A stretch of 61,445 nt of DNA, counting the filler, from Circinaria calcarea (taxonomy: Eukaryota), in NCBI GenBank assembly GCA_051942165.1. It is 22 parts of 22 records of this genome, joined end to end, with 100 filler letters (N's around TTAATTAATTAA, not from the genome) between each part and the next. Parts side by side here need not be neighbours in the genome. Positions count along the whole stretch, not along the records: positions 36,435 to 39,127 come from JAVECS010003324.1; positions 39,228 to 41,920 come from JAVECS010003325.1; positions 42,021 to 44,712 come from JAVECS010003326.1; positions 44,813 to 47,503 come from JAVECS010003327.1; positions 47,604 to 50,294 come from JAVECS010003328.1; 17 more parts are not named here. The stretch is one strand, 5' to 3'. Shown piece by piece: positions 37,654 to 50,294 of the stretch. The translations under genes and the position numbers were made by a program. Numbering within the stretch: the stretch's first letter is position 1; each line of letters begins with the position of its first letter. The notes beneath the pieces are model-generated. The model ran no database searches, had not been told where the DNA came from, and worked only from the letters and a program-made list of their open reading frames with translations.

Positions 37654-38512
37654 ATGGCAGAATCAAGTTCGACAAACGCGGTCGGCTTACAGACCAAGTC
37701 TTGCACGATGCATTAGGACCCTTACCCCCCGGAGGTCCTACAAAAAATATTCTTGTATGCCGCATCTGATGATCTAGATATCATCCCGCTTCGTTGCATA
37801 AGACGCAAAAACACTTCTGACTGTGGTTACATGTATGAGCGGGTGGAGCGTTCCACCGACCAACTCTTGCTTATCAATCGCCAAATCCACATCGAAGCAA
37901 AGCTAGCCTATTATAGGCACAAGGTCTTCGCTGTGGACTTTACTAACAGACCTCTACACTGTCTGCACCAGACAGATCTGCAGTGGGACCTTTGTAAGTT
38001 GTGGCCCTTTGAAAGAACCAACCTGGACATCCGCCTCGATCTGCACCTGGAGCAGAATTGCCAAATCTCTATCCGCCTTTCACTTGAGATGGGCAATTTT
38101 CGTTCCGCTGCTGACCGTCCTTGTCATGGTTATAACCGAGACATTGACGGGGGGGGCGGACTCCTGTCAGAGAAAGTCGTTCGCACAAAGGACTAGGTTC
38201 CTCGATCAAGCAGCTAGCTATCAGGTTCATCACCACATGGCCTTGCTCTATGATTCCATGCTACGAGTGCGATCTTGGTGGTGACTCGGGGAAATCCCAA
38301 CCTCCATTTCCGGCAGGACACCATTACAAATAGGAGCGCGCCAACGAAAAGGACCAGGTGAAAGGGATGGTCAAGTATTTAACCGGAAAGATGCCGAATC
38401 TATTCGAACGTGAAGGTCAACTTTGCTTGCAAAAAGGAGTTCCTAAAGATGCCCATGACGCACACATATTGGTGTCCTCAGACTATCCTGGACAAGGAAT
38501 TCTTTTTCAATA
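37654..38512 (+). pseudogene. Degraded F-box-like fungal hypothetical gene
   Basis: PPEVLQKIFLYA...QLLLINRQIHIEAKLAYYRHKVFAV is a typical fungal F-box-like pattern. There is a stop/frameshift just upstream of PPEV and the frame ends early at 38196; the 3' boundary is approximate. Confidence 0.45.
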
Positions 38513-38711
38513 ACTCGGATGAAGTCTAGCAAAGGAAATACCAACTTATCTTCGCTAGTACAGCTTATTCCACTCTTTACATAACCTTCCTTTCCCAAAG
38601 ACAAGCCAATCTAAACAAACACTAGCAAACAAAACAAAAGCAAACAAAGGCAAACCATTCTAAACAAATGCCTTCATGTTTTCTCCCGCGATGCTACCTC
38701 ACAACTGTTGT

Positions 38712-39127
38712 CTAAAATTCATACTCGGCGTCTGCATCCGCCTCAGCATAAGCATAGGCATCGGCATAGGCATCAGCATAAGCATCACGTTCAAACAGTT
38801 CGTACTCGGCCTCTGCCTCAGCCTCAGCGTCGGCCTCAGCATCACGCTCAAAAAGCTCGAAATATGCCTCAGCCTCGCGTTCAAACAAATCTCTCCTGTA
38901 ACTTTTCTTCGGCCCCAAGCCTCCTTTTGTAGGGAATCCGCCAGCGTTCTTCGGAACATTCTGCTGCGCCTTCACCCTTTTTTCTTCTTCCTTTTGCCTC
39001 TTACGCTCGGCTTCTTGTGCTCGGATCCGTTGTTGTTCAGCGGTATTGTGGTTACGTGTATTGTCAGCGGGACCTGCGGGCCCAGCAAAAGGCTCAGCAT
39101 CTCGGGCCTGAAGGCTAAACAGGGCAT
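38712..39127 (-). CDS. Kex2/Ste13-type processed peptide precursor (KEP-like), 5'-truncated
   Basis: Open to the contig edge: ALFSLQAR-DAEPFAGPAGPADNTRNH...GGLGPKKSYRR-DLFER-EAEAYFELFER-DAEADAEAEAEAEYELFER-DAYADAYADAYAYAEADADAEYEF*. Confidence 0.7.
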
Positions 39128-39227
39128 NNNNNNNNNNNNNNNNNNNNNNNNNNNNNNNNNNNNNNNNNNNNTTAATTAATTAANNNNNNNNNNNNNNNNN
39201 NNNNNNNNNNNNNNNNNNNNNNNNNNN

Positions 39228-39980
39228 ACATAGGCATTTTCAGCTGCCACAGCATTGGCATTGGAAGGGCCACCACAAGAGCGTCGATAAGCAAGTTTGT
39301 GATACCTGCAACCAAGTATGCTAGATTCGCGTTTGCACACTCTCCTGGAATAGTTTTGTTCCAGTTATGAGCGACCGGTCGGCACAGCAGGAAAGCTTCC
39401 AGTAAAACGCTGACAAAGTAGCAGACAACAAAGACAATGGTAAGATAGCAGATTTTGCGAAAAATCGGATTTGGAAATATCTGGATATACAGATCGATAA
39501 TAGATACTTTGATGCAAGAGTTCGCAGCTGCCCAGAGAATCTGGCCTGACAGGAAAAGCTAAGACGATTAGTTTTAAGATCGGAGTCGTCTGCATTAAAG
39601 GAATCAAACCCTGAAGAAATGCTTTAGCATGTTCGGAGGCACGTCTCTCATATGTGCGCCCATACCAGCAATGAAAATCGCTAACGAAGGCAGTAAGTAC
39701 GGTAAGGAGTCCGTTGCAAATAACTAAAGAGCTTACCTAGCAAAAAGATCGAGGCTAAGGTGAAAGTTAAAATCTGGTAGGATTTAGCATAGATGGAAAA
39801 TACGTCTATAGTTAAACCCAGGATACCTACCGTTGCCAGAATAACAGCATAGTCGTTAAAACATAGCTTGAGTTGTTTTATTCGCCGCGACAGGAGCCGC
39901 AAAATAAGAGCTAACGCGGCAAGGGATAGAAATACGAAAGAGACAATGATTACCTGCACGGCGCCGCTCGAAAGGCTCAT
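39228..39980 (-). CDS. PTH11-like (fungal rhodopsin-domain) membrane protein, 3'-truncated, multi-exon
   Basis: Spliced manual translation: LALILRLLSRRIK..FNDYAVILA, GMGAHM, ILWAAANSCIKVSIIDLYIQIF, FLLCRPVAHNWNKTIPGEC, NLLIDALVVALPMPMLWQLKM. Confidence 0.88.
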
Positions 39981-41695
39981 CTCTGCGTGGAACCCGTGGG
40001 AGAAAAGGACAATAGGCAAACTTTAGAAATACGGAAACTAGAGATACTCGGGTAGTATTGATGGAATAAATAGTGAAGCGATAAAATTCGGAAGCACTGG
40101 AGGGTAAGATAAACCGTAAAAGCACTGGTTTATAACATCCACATCCTGTCTCGCACTGGGTGGTAAAGAGATGGTGTAGTGGTATAGGTGAAGGGTTTTC
40201 TGATTCAAACACGACTATGCAACGGGGTCTGGGAATGGCATAGCGGCGACTATCTCTTTCCAGAGCGATAAGGAAGGCTGGTAATCGAGCAGCATCGCGA
40301 AGAGATACATGAAGAGGCTCCACACTCGTACCGAGTCCTGACACATCAGGATAGGCACCCTGAGCTGGCAAGATCGCTCGAGACTTACATGCCTTAGTCG
40401 GTACGGAGTAGTAGGCGGGGGAGGTTCCTAGAAGGGTTGGTGGCAGTTAACCAATCACCTTGCTACCGTTTCCTCCTGCCCACTTCCCCTCCCCCTCGTC
40501 TGCTCCGATGGCTCAATCAATCGAATCACGGTAACGGCTGAGGGTGTCAACTCCTTTCAGAGCGGGACCCGTTGCCAAGAACTGCAAGAGATGAAAGAAA
40601 ACTCCGAACGGAAAGCGCGGGTGGACAGGGCTATAAGTCTGTGGGTGGATCTACGATCCAATCCGTGCTACGCCTCCGTTCAAGGCTATCAGGATCCTGT
40701 AGGTGCACAGCCTGAAGCGGTTGAGGGATTTCTGCTCGCTTCCTCCGACGTACACGTGTATAAAGTCGAGTAGTCTCAAACGGTGGAGTCGAGCTTATGC
40801 AATCCTGCAAGTCAGCCCCGTGAGGTTACCCCACAAGGAAGTTGGAAATGCGGACAGCGGCTGGCAGCGCACCCACTCGCTCCATGCATCTCAGCCTCAA
40901 GTTACACGGATGACAGTTTAATATAATTTCCGACATACCATGTCTTACTTGTTTCCGACCAAGGCACGCGACAGAGCCCCATAACACCTTAGCGACATTT
41001 TCCCCCAAGCTTAGCGATAATCCCCACTAATGTTAGCGCGAGATATCGCTAAGCTATGGATGGGTTGTGTCGCTTTTTTTTTTGTTACCTGCGTGTAAGG
41101 TTCACTTTCCTACCAAGTAATCGGACCAATCATATAGCCGCCTGCCGCCCAACCGCCATTCACTAGCTCAAGTCACTCTCCTCCACCACGTCCTGAGCGA
41201 GCCCCATCTGCCGGTCTAAGGATGAGGCACAGATCAGATCAACTCATATTACTCCATGAGGCAGGAGAGCTACTGTATGGCAGTTACACTCAGGCTCTCG
41301 ATCTCGTGCATGGTGGCAGCAGCCACCGGGTACTGTCGAGACTGAAGGTGGGCAGTATGTCCAGCATCCAGACTCACGCTCACGCGGCACAACTGCCTCT
41401 GCCGCCTCTAGGATGCTGGAAGGAGCACCTTCAATCACAGGTACCCTGAATTAAAGCACAGATCCTTCTCGAAAGATAGCCTGATATATTACCGCCAGCA
41501 GAGACCTCCTTTCTCATAATGCCATCTCGTCTATCGGTGAAGCAAGCGGATTAGCATTTGTCCACCGCTACACAGCTGCTCTTATAGCGTGGCTTATCAT
41601 CATCTTGATCATACCGTTGGTTAGGAACAAGTATCGAAGAATCGATAAGTTCACCATTTTTGTCAGGGTTCTCCCAGGTTAACGTCGCCCCAAAA

Positions 41696-41905
41696 ATGAC
41701 AACCGAAGAATTTGACTTTGTTATTGTGGGAGGCGGAACATCGGGGCTGGTAGTAGCAAGCCGTCTTTCGGAAGATCCAAATATAGAGGTCCTCGTCGTT
41801 GAAGCCGGCAACAACCACATCGACGATCCACGAGTCAAGATCCCAGCTTTATATGAAGCGATGAAACAGACTGAAGCGGACTGGAATTTTATGACCACAG
41901 CTCAG
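41696..41905 (+). CDS. GMC oxidoreductase, first exon only
   Basis: FDFVIVGGGTSGLVVASRLSEDPNIEVLVVEAG FAD-binding motif, DWNFMTTAQ, then donor GTAAG at 41906. Confidence 0.9.
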
Positions 41906-42020
41906 GTAAGCTAGTTCCACNNNNNNNNNNNNNNNNNNNNNNNNNNNNNNNNNNNNNNNNNNNNTTAATTAATTAANNNNNNNNNNNNNNNNNNNNNNNN
42001 NNNNNNNNNNNNNNNNNNNN

Positions 42021-42791
42021 CCATTGCCGTCGTCAATTTTCTCAACGGCATCTTCCTCCTAGTCTTTACTAACGTCTTCAGCCAACCTGTAAGAGATATC
42101 CGGCCGCCATATAAAGCTGTTACTGACAAGTCTTCAGGGAATTGTAACCGGAGTCATGGGAGTGATATTCTTCGTCTACAATGCTTTCTTCGCCCTTATA
42201 CTGTTGATCATGGTCCTTGTGTCGTCGATCTTGGCAATTGTCTCAAAGAATCCTGATACCCGCTATCAACCCATGCGAGATGATCGCGGCTCCTTTATCA
42301 AGTCGCAATCTCAGCTGAACACTGAGCTCGATGCACTTGGCGTAACAGCTCGGGGAGATATGAAAATGCCTTACAAAAACCGAGATCTTGATGACGACGA
42401 TGATTCCTTCTCCTCCGGTTCTCTTGGGCGTAAACAGCACGAGGTTGGAGGCGTGCCTCTTCCACCATCTACATCACTTTCAACAAGGGAGATAAACCTA
42501 CATGATCGTTCTCGTTCGCCGATCGATGCAAACACTCCTTTCATGCCTGGGGATGGCACGCCTCGCCACGGTACTCCTGCTCAGTACTCTGATAATCATT
42601 CTGGGGTATACGGTGATGGGCAGTACAATGACAGTACCGTGTTCAATTCGAGATCCACAAACAACAGTTCTCCAGCTCCACGGTACGATTACCAACCCTA
42701 TAATCGGACAGCAACTCCTCAGTCAACCGGTGCATACCGGCCGCAAAACAACGCAGGTCCTTGGCAGAGGGGCGCCGGCTATGATCATTGA
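42021..42791 (+). CDS. FLC/Pkd2-like TRP-family membrane protein, C-terminal part (one short intron ~42088-42137)
   Basis: NFLNGIFLLVFTNVFSQP|GIVTGVMGVIFFVYNAFFALILL..SKNPDTRYQPMRDDRGSFIKS..ELDALG..PWQRGAGYDH, typical of fungal FLC proteins. Confidence 0.88.
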
Positions 42792-44010
42792 GCTGTTATC
42801 ATGACTGGACCGTATGGAGAGGCGCGTGGATAATTAGGTCGACAGCATGAAGCGAAAAGGAGTTCTTGCTTTTGGAGTTTCTGAATGTAGGAAATAATTC
42901 AACGAAATGGCAGCAGCACTGTCGATGCGTTGTAAGACTGTCGGATAGGATTCCGCTTCGAGGGACTGTTGCTAGTGCGTGGACGCCTTTGAAAGGTATT
43001 GCGAGGCGGCGGTTCTTCTGCATTTGTGTATAGCTGAGCTTGTAGACAAGTCGACAGAAATGGGATCTTGTGTGAAAAGGAACTTGTGAAAGTGAACTTG
43101 TGAAAAACCAAGTTCCTTAACCAGTAAATGCTTTGATGCTGGAGACGCTTGGAGTCAGTCGAATGAATCATTCTCCGTCTCGTCGTGCTAAGAAAGTACT
43201 CTATTGTCGAGACTGCAGCGACCATTTGCACAACCTGGTCACCTTGGAGGTTTTAGTGCGTAGAATGCACACAGCGTACAGTCCTATCTATGACCGAAAA
43301 TGGTAGATCCCAGCCTACCTCACTGCCTGCCGTTTTGACACGCCTGGCTTTTGACTGTGTGAAGTAGACTTACGAGAGGGTTAGATATGCAAGGCCTGTC
43401 ATAATGTCGGGAACTACTGTGGTAAATTGGTGTTTGTACACCGTTATGAGCTAGAGAGAGACACTGTTCTAGTGAGTCTCTTATTCTCGATAGTAGGTGT
43501 GGTACGACACGATCACATCTTGGAGGACTGTCACTTACCTAGCTGGTCTTTTCTCCCGTCAAGCACATGGGGCATTGGCTGCGATTTTTTTTTTCCGTAA
43601 AAAGGTCTTCTTTTCACTAATTCTGAAACTCAATGTTGTTCTCAATTTGGTTGTGCGCGTTTGATGTTATGTATTCTCTTAATCTAGATGTACTACCTTT
43701 GTTGGAGGATCGGAGCAGCTATCCCCTGGTGAGGACCATTTACAAGGTCTCTACTAACACCATCACCTCTGTGGGTAGAGATCAACATTAGAGGTGCAGG
43801 TTGATGTTGTCGATGATGGCAAACAGGCAGGATATCAACCGACCTGGAATCCGATAAGACGGCAAACTTCGGGCAAAGGGAAGACATTTGAATAGGTATC
43901 GCCGCCGAAAATGATGAAACTTGGAGAAGCACTCTTATATCAATAATGTGAGCAAGGATGCTAAACTACCAACTGCAAAGCATGCTTCAGCTTGTAAGAA
44001 GAGTCTTTAT

Positions 44011-44712
44011 CTACATCAAACGTGGTAAGAGTCCCAGTTTAACATATGAATGCTGGTCCCATTCGGCCTGACTCTCCTCCTCTGTGAGTGCGAACTCGGT
44101 CTCGAGCCATGGTAACGTAATCTGATCTAAATCATCTTCTGGAAGTATGTGGAACTCACTCTCTGTGTGGCTGTCCCAATCTTCTAGAGCATTGAGTCCT
44201 CGCTTCAAGACTGCTTGAAACAGGAGCGCTTTGGTACGCCTCTCAATACAGAGTGCTTCCCGCTTCCGAAAGCGTCGCTCGTTTGCGGAGAGATCCTCTC
44301 TTGCGTATTCCCACCGGATCAGATAGCACCTATGGAAGAGTTGCGGATACGGCGGTGCATAACCGTTATGAACCACAAACCGGCCGAGCAATATCTTGAA
44401 GACTTCCCGTGCCTGCTGGGGTGCCATTTCGACAAGCCTGACCATCTCAGCTTCGTCCGTACCATCTCCCCATTGCAGCCTCCAAAGCAGGAGCAATGCA
44501 CATCGTACAGAGTGGATTTCATGACATGAAATAGGTGAGGTAGCCCAGGATGTACTACATGTCGACATCAGACGAAATTGGCTACTGCCCTTGCCAACTC
44601 TGGAGATAAAGTTCCGGTCTTCAAGAGTGGCGATGTCCTGATCTATGATAGATCTTATCTGACTCAAGAGGCTTAAATATCCCCAGCGAGTCTTTTGGAC
44701 TTCATAGCTCCA
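44011..44712 (-). CDS. Hypothetical protein, C-terminal part (5'-truncated)
   Basis: Frame open from the contig edge (WSYEVQKTRWGYLSLLSQ...) for ~233 codons; no recognisable domain. Confidence 0.55.
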   Translation of the reverse strand, partial: WSYEVQKTRWGYLSLLSQIRSIIDQDIATLEDRNFISRVGKGSSQFRLMSTCSTSWATSPISCHEIHSVRCALLLLWRLQWGDGTDEAEMVRLVEMAPQQAREVFKILLGRFVVHNGYAPPYPQLFHRCYLIRWEYAREDLSANERRFRKREALCIERRTKALLFQAVLKRGLNALEDWDSHTESEFHILPEDDLDQITLPWLETEFALTEEESQAEWDQHSYVKLGLLPRLM

Positions 44713-47700
44713 NNNNNNNNNNNNNNNNNNNNNNNNNNNNNNNNNNNNNNNNNNNNTTAATTAATTAANNNNNNNNNNNNNNNNNNNNNNNNNNNNNNNN
44801 NNNNNNNNNNNNGATGGATTTGCAGTTGGGAAGTGAGTATGGCGGGGTTAACTTTTCCGAGAAGATGGATGCCCTCGGCTTGGATGACAGCAGTCCGGAG
44901 ACGGCGAGTCCGACGGACGAGTACGGCGAGAAGCAATTGGAGTGGAGGAGTGATGGGGAGGAGGGGGATAGTGCGTTGATGATGGGGAAGGCGTATCAGT
45001 AACTGGAAGCTTGTGCAACGATTAGCAAACCAAATCGAACCAAATAAAAGACTTGGTGATTTGGATCGGGCCTGAGTGGGATAGTGGAGGGAAAGGAAGG
45101 AAGGAAGGGAAGGAAGGAAGGGAAGAAAGGGAAGGGAAGGGAAGGAAAGGAAAGGAAAGGGGAGTGGGGGTTTTTGGATATTGTATTATTAGCGAACTTT
45201 TTAAAGTTCTTTAGGATCGGGGGATCTGGGTGGCGTATCAAGCAAAGGGGAAATTAGCGAACGCGAGAGACATGAAGCATGCGAAATGCAGAAGAATTAT
45301 CTATCTATCCACTTTTTGTTCAAAAATCAGCAGGGTTTCGATGTTTTTGATAGAATTGATAGAATTGATGTTTTTTTGGATAGAAGTTGATTATGTTTTC
45401 TCTCTCTCTCTCTCTCTTTTCCCCCCCCTTTTCTTTTCCTTTTTCCTTTTCCTAAATTTACCCTTGCCTATTGCCTATTGCCTACTTTTCTCAATCTTTG
45501 CATCGGTCCCTACCCTACTCCCTACCCTACTCCTTACTCCCTTCCCTATCCTACTCCCTTGTAACTTGTAACGTGTTTTTTTTTAAAAAAAAAAACGGTT
45601 CCTTTTTCCTTGGAATCCTCCCCCCTTAGATGCTTTTCCTAGTCTGCACAACAAGAAACCCCTAAAACCCCCCAAAATGGGCCCGAATTGCGGGGAGGAT
45701 AGGGATGGGAAGATAGGGGATGGGGGCATGCTGTGAGTGAGCCGCGTTCTACGATCGCTCCCAAAAAAAAAAAATCTTTTCCTTTTTCCGGCTTTTTTTC
45801 TTTTCTTTTCTGGTTTCTATGCTATGTGGTAACACTGTGCCAAAACCCTTCGTTGCTTCATTCATTCACGCTGTTTTTACAAAGAAACTAAAGCTGACGT
45901 TTTGAGCCGTTTTTCCGGGGGGGTGGGGGGCAGATTTTGGTGAAATCTCCTCGCTTCTCTTTTTTTTAATTATATAAATTTTGAGTTCTGAAATCCTGGT
46001 CCTAAACACACCCTCCCAGACCCAAAAAAATTCTTCAAGACTTGGGGGCTGGGTGGTTTGGAAAATCTTTGATTATTATTACTTTTTTTTTTTTTTTTTG
46101 GGTATGCTTGCATAAGTAATGTTGAGGATGTTCGGGGAAGGGAACTTAGGATTTGGAATCGGGAGGAGGGAAGGAATGAAGGAAAGAAGGAAGCTCAGGG
46201 AGAGAAGGAGGAATTTCTGGTTGCGAAAAGGGACACAGGGGGGGGGGCTTCGCGAACTTGCTGATTTGGTGGTGTATATTTCTTTGTTATCGTTTTTGGT
46301 TTCTATTTTCTGTTTGCTTGTGTTTTCATAGTTCATGATAACCCCGCTCGGAAGAATTGGAGGGTTAGAAACTAAGAATCTCTCTGCACAAGTGTTACCG
46401 GGGGGGAGGATTTCCGTTTCGGATATCCAGTAGTTTCTTTTCGAGCGAGGCTCTTTTGTTGCGAGTCGGGGGTACGGGGGATTTTCATGGTAGGTGGTGG
46501 GTTTGGAATTTTGGGTCAATAGGGGAGCTAGGGAGTGGGGGGTTTTGGAGGTAGTGAGCCTTTTGAACCCCCCCTTTTTGGCACCTTTTTGGCACCTTTT
46601 TGCTTGTTGTCATATATCCCCATTCCCTAATCTCCTATCCCAATTTCCTACACTCTCAAGACTGCAAGGATGAGGAAAGTATCCATGGGGCCAAATAAGC
46701 CCCTCCCCCCGGAATTTCCCCTGAGAAAAAGGAGGAGGTGTGTGGGAGAGCTTAAGATATCAGCCGGTTTTTCGCGCCTTCGGAGGGAGAGGGGGGAAGG
46801 GGGGGGGGAATCCGCTTTTTTGCGAATCATTTATACCGTAGAACTACTGTACGACCGTATCGTATCCCTTTCAAATTTTTGCTTAACCGGATGTTGCATT
46901 GCTCCCCGAGTGGATTCGTCTGGGATCTGGTGTGCTTGTATTTCCTTTCCCCCCTCCCATTACCTAAATCAAGTTCCTCAACCAACATTCCCCCCCCGGG
47001 TTGGAGCTCTTCGAGAGATGGCTTTTTCTTTTCGACTTCGAACCGTCATGATGCCGAGTTTGTTTTCCCCTGCGAGGTGGGTAAGATTTCGGTTAAAAAA
47101 AAAGGATTGAATAGGTCGGTTGAGGTAGAAGTTGGTGGAAAGAGAGGAAGTGGAGATAGGGCGAAGGGAGGAGGAGAAGGGGGGATCTGGCTAGGTGGGG
47201 GAGAGGTGAGAGAACGTTAAGAGGAAAGGAGATTAAACCCGAGGGGGGAGAGATGTAGGAAAAGGAGGAATGTGTGCCAGTTCCTTTTTTTTTCCTGTCC
47301 AGTGGCACGAAGACGCCACAAACATCCATCCCTAGCAAACGGAAAGAAATAGAGCCCCTGTTCCAGGTTTTTCGGAAAAAATCATCCAAGCATGCTCCAC
47401 TCCTTTCCTTGACTTATAAACCCCCCACCCACTCAACAAAACAAACAACTCCACCTACTCCACCCTCCTCTCCCCTTCCTTTCCACTTCCACTTCCCCTT
47501 CCCNNNNNNNNNNNNNNNNNNNNNNNNNNNNNNNNNNNNNNNNNNNNTTAATTAATTAANNNNNNNNNNNNNNNNNNNNNNNNNNNNNNNNNNNNNNNNN
47601 NNNACTAAGGGGGAGGGGTTCGCTTGCGAATGGGGGTGTCTCGTAAACTGGCTTTTCTCGTGAGTAGGCTTCTCTCATGAGTCAGGCCCCTTCGAAATCA

Positions 47701-48573
47701 AATGATGATGATACAAATAATAACAGGGATCATATCAGCAGATGATAGATCATGAATTAATGGGATTAGCTATACAAGTTAAGTATTGGAAGCTTGAGAG
47801 GTACATGGATGGATGGATAGAAGAAGACTTGGTAGTGAGTCCATGATAGGAGAAGGCGGCTGAAGGGAGGAGCGTGTTGGGGGAATAGCGCGAAGAGGTA
47901 TGCTGGAGTAGGGTATTGAGCATGCAGTAATGTGTGGTGGCATTCATGCTATGTGAGTATGTAACTATCTAAGCTATCTATGCAGTGAAAAGTGCTTTTA
48001 TGGTGTGTGTAGGAAATGTTGAGCATGGACCTCCTATGCAACACATGCTTCGGTAAGCCCTATGACTTCCAACACAGGGTGGGTGTGCGAATAGGCGGGG
48101 CGATATGATGATATTGGTATTCAAGACGAGGATTCTATAAAATGGAATCGGGGGTTTAACTCTGGTGTGTCGGGTGGTGATAAAGATGAGTGTTTGGGTG
48201 TTGTGGTTTGGGAAGATGGAGATGAGCTTGTAGTTATGCACTATGAAATAGCAATAATCTTAAATGGAGAAAGAATTATTCCTTGAGAGTATAATAACTT
48301 GAATTTAGATTGGGTATGTCGATAGGCGGGAGATTTGCATAATGGTAGAAAATATGGTTCATCTCATTTGGCGAATGAACTTGGGACGGGCCGTTGGAAC
48401 TAAGTATCAAGGAAGTAAATGCTTTTGCAATGGTTGATTCTAATGTAATTAATCATAACAATGGAATATTCCAAACCGACAAACTCCGTTCTGCACGCCC
48501 ACACTTCTCAATCTTGGTATCTCCCTCCTTGCTCTTAGTTGTCATAATCCAGACCACGCTGGCTTTCTCACTT

Positions 48574-50294
48574 TCAATCAGCATTATCAGGTCGTTCCCG
48601 TTTCTTCTGCTTGCTCGACGATTCAGTCGACCCTCCGAACAGTACTCCTAGATCGCAATTCTGACAGATGTGTATATCCGGAACTTTCTTCTGATCGTAG
48701 TAACATACAATATGCTGCCAGGATTCGCAGTTCTCACAGAGAACGATGTTACCATCATCTATTGGAGAGCCGCAAAAACACGTGATAGTGAAGTCTTCTT
48801 CGTCATTAGCTATTGTATCTTTTGAATTCTCGTTGAGCTCGTGGTGGGTGTTCCCATCATCTATTGGAGAGCCCAAAAGCCCCGTTATGAAGTCGTCATC
48901 AGGTGTTGTATCTTTTGTGATTTTGTTAAGCTCTTGGTGTGGAGCGGAAAAGGTAGTATCTGACAGAAATGTTAGTTTATGGCTTGAATATTTACAGCGC
49001 TGCCCTTTTAAATGGGTCTTACCTTCGCTAGATAGATAGCTGTCGATCAGATTGAATGCTGCAACATCATTCATTATCTCAGCACTACCACTTTGGTTGC
49101 CGTCTATACTTCCAAAAATAACATCTTCCCCATCGACCTCGTCGTTCGACACCGGCTGATAATGTTTGTATGACCAAAGTTGGACATTCCCACCATCAGC
49201 GTATGTAACAAAGTTGTTGTTGGATGAACTGCATCTCATCTCAAGATCTGGGACATTTGGTTAGCTAACGTGTATGTCCTCTGAGATAATAATGTAATAA
49301 GGAATATTATGGGCCAGAGGTAATTACCTGACCCTAAGTCATATTCTATAAGCATCGCTTCCGCATCGCCTGTTTCAGGGTTCCAGAAAAGAATTATTCC
49401 ATCGGAGTAGTTGCCCAGTATCCATCCATCCGATGTAAAACAAAGGCTCCGTAATACTAATGGCCTTTGGGGGCCATCCAAAACTCTTACACAGCTTTGA
49501 GAATCGGCTTCTGATAAGATGTTCCATATAAAGATCCTACCATGGCTGTCTCCACTCACAATTTGTTTACCATTTGGTGCGAAGGCCACAGAAGTCACAA
49601 AAGCATAACCATAACGCTGCCTATGCTGATATGAACGATAGCTATTGCCAGTATGAGTGTCCCAGAAATTGACGGTATTACCAAGACCCGCCGCAATATA
49701 GGTAGAATCCGGGGATATAGTAATACATCTAGCTTGCAAGCTCAAATCATTGATAACCAACTTCATAGCACCTGTGCTGGGTTCCCATATACGAATCGTA
49801 CCGGAGACAGAGGAAGAAGCAAGAATTCTACCATCCTCAGACCAAACAAGATGGCGGACGCCATCTTCGTGACCATTTAGGCAATGCCTGACCGTACGCC
49901 GGGCAATATCCCATATCTCCACTGGTTGGCCTAAATAAGCGGTAGCTAGAGCTTTACTGTCTGGGCTGAAGCACATATGGTTAATGGGAGATGCTCTGTC
50001 CACCTTTAAAGTTTGGACGCATAATGGTTCTTCGAGATCTCTCATTTGTTTCTTCGGAAATGCGTAAATGTTAATGCGAGACTGAGCATATATTGCAATA
50101 AAATCCCCATTTATGCTCAATGCAATAGACGTCACCATGAAGCCGGGATTAAGACTGCATATCTGGTTGATATCCAGTACACGTAGAATCCCTGGATTGA
50201 ATATAGCACGCCAATTTCTTCCTCTTTCCTTATGATGCTCAGCTAATCCGTCGAATTGTAATCTTGATAGCGTGTTAAGGAAATTCACACCCTC
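48574..50294 (-). CDS. Divergent Tup1/Rco-1-like WD40 protein fused to a PHD finger; intron 49248-49327; 5'-truncated
   Basis: HHKERGRNWRAIFNPGILRVLDI resembles the Tup1 pre-propeller motif (KKEGxDWxAxFNPxxxRxLDV); WD repeats (FSPDSKAL, GHEDGV, FAPNGKQIVSG); the GTAATT..GCTAAC..CAG intron joins in frame to ITCFCG..VLCENCESWQHIVCY..ICQNC (C4HC3 PHD). Confidence 0.75.

Noticed and set aside
38712..38900. EA/DA repeats considered as an alpha-factor pheromone precursor
   Set aside because: No repeated identical Trp/Cys-containing mature peptide between KR sites; kept only as a generic KEP-like precursor.
44813..47503. Many short ORFs in a homopolymer-rich contig
   Set aside because: Low-complexity intergenic DNA; only 44813-45002 may be the tail of an unidentified gene.
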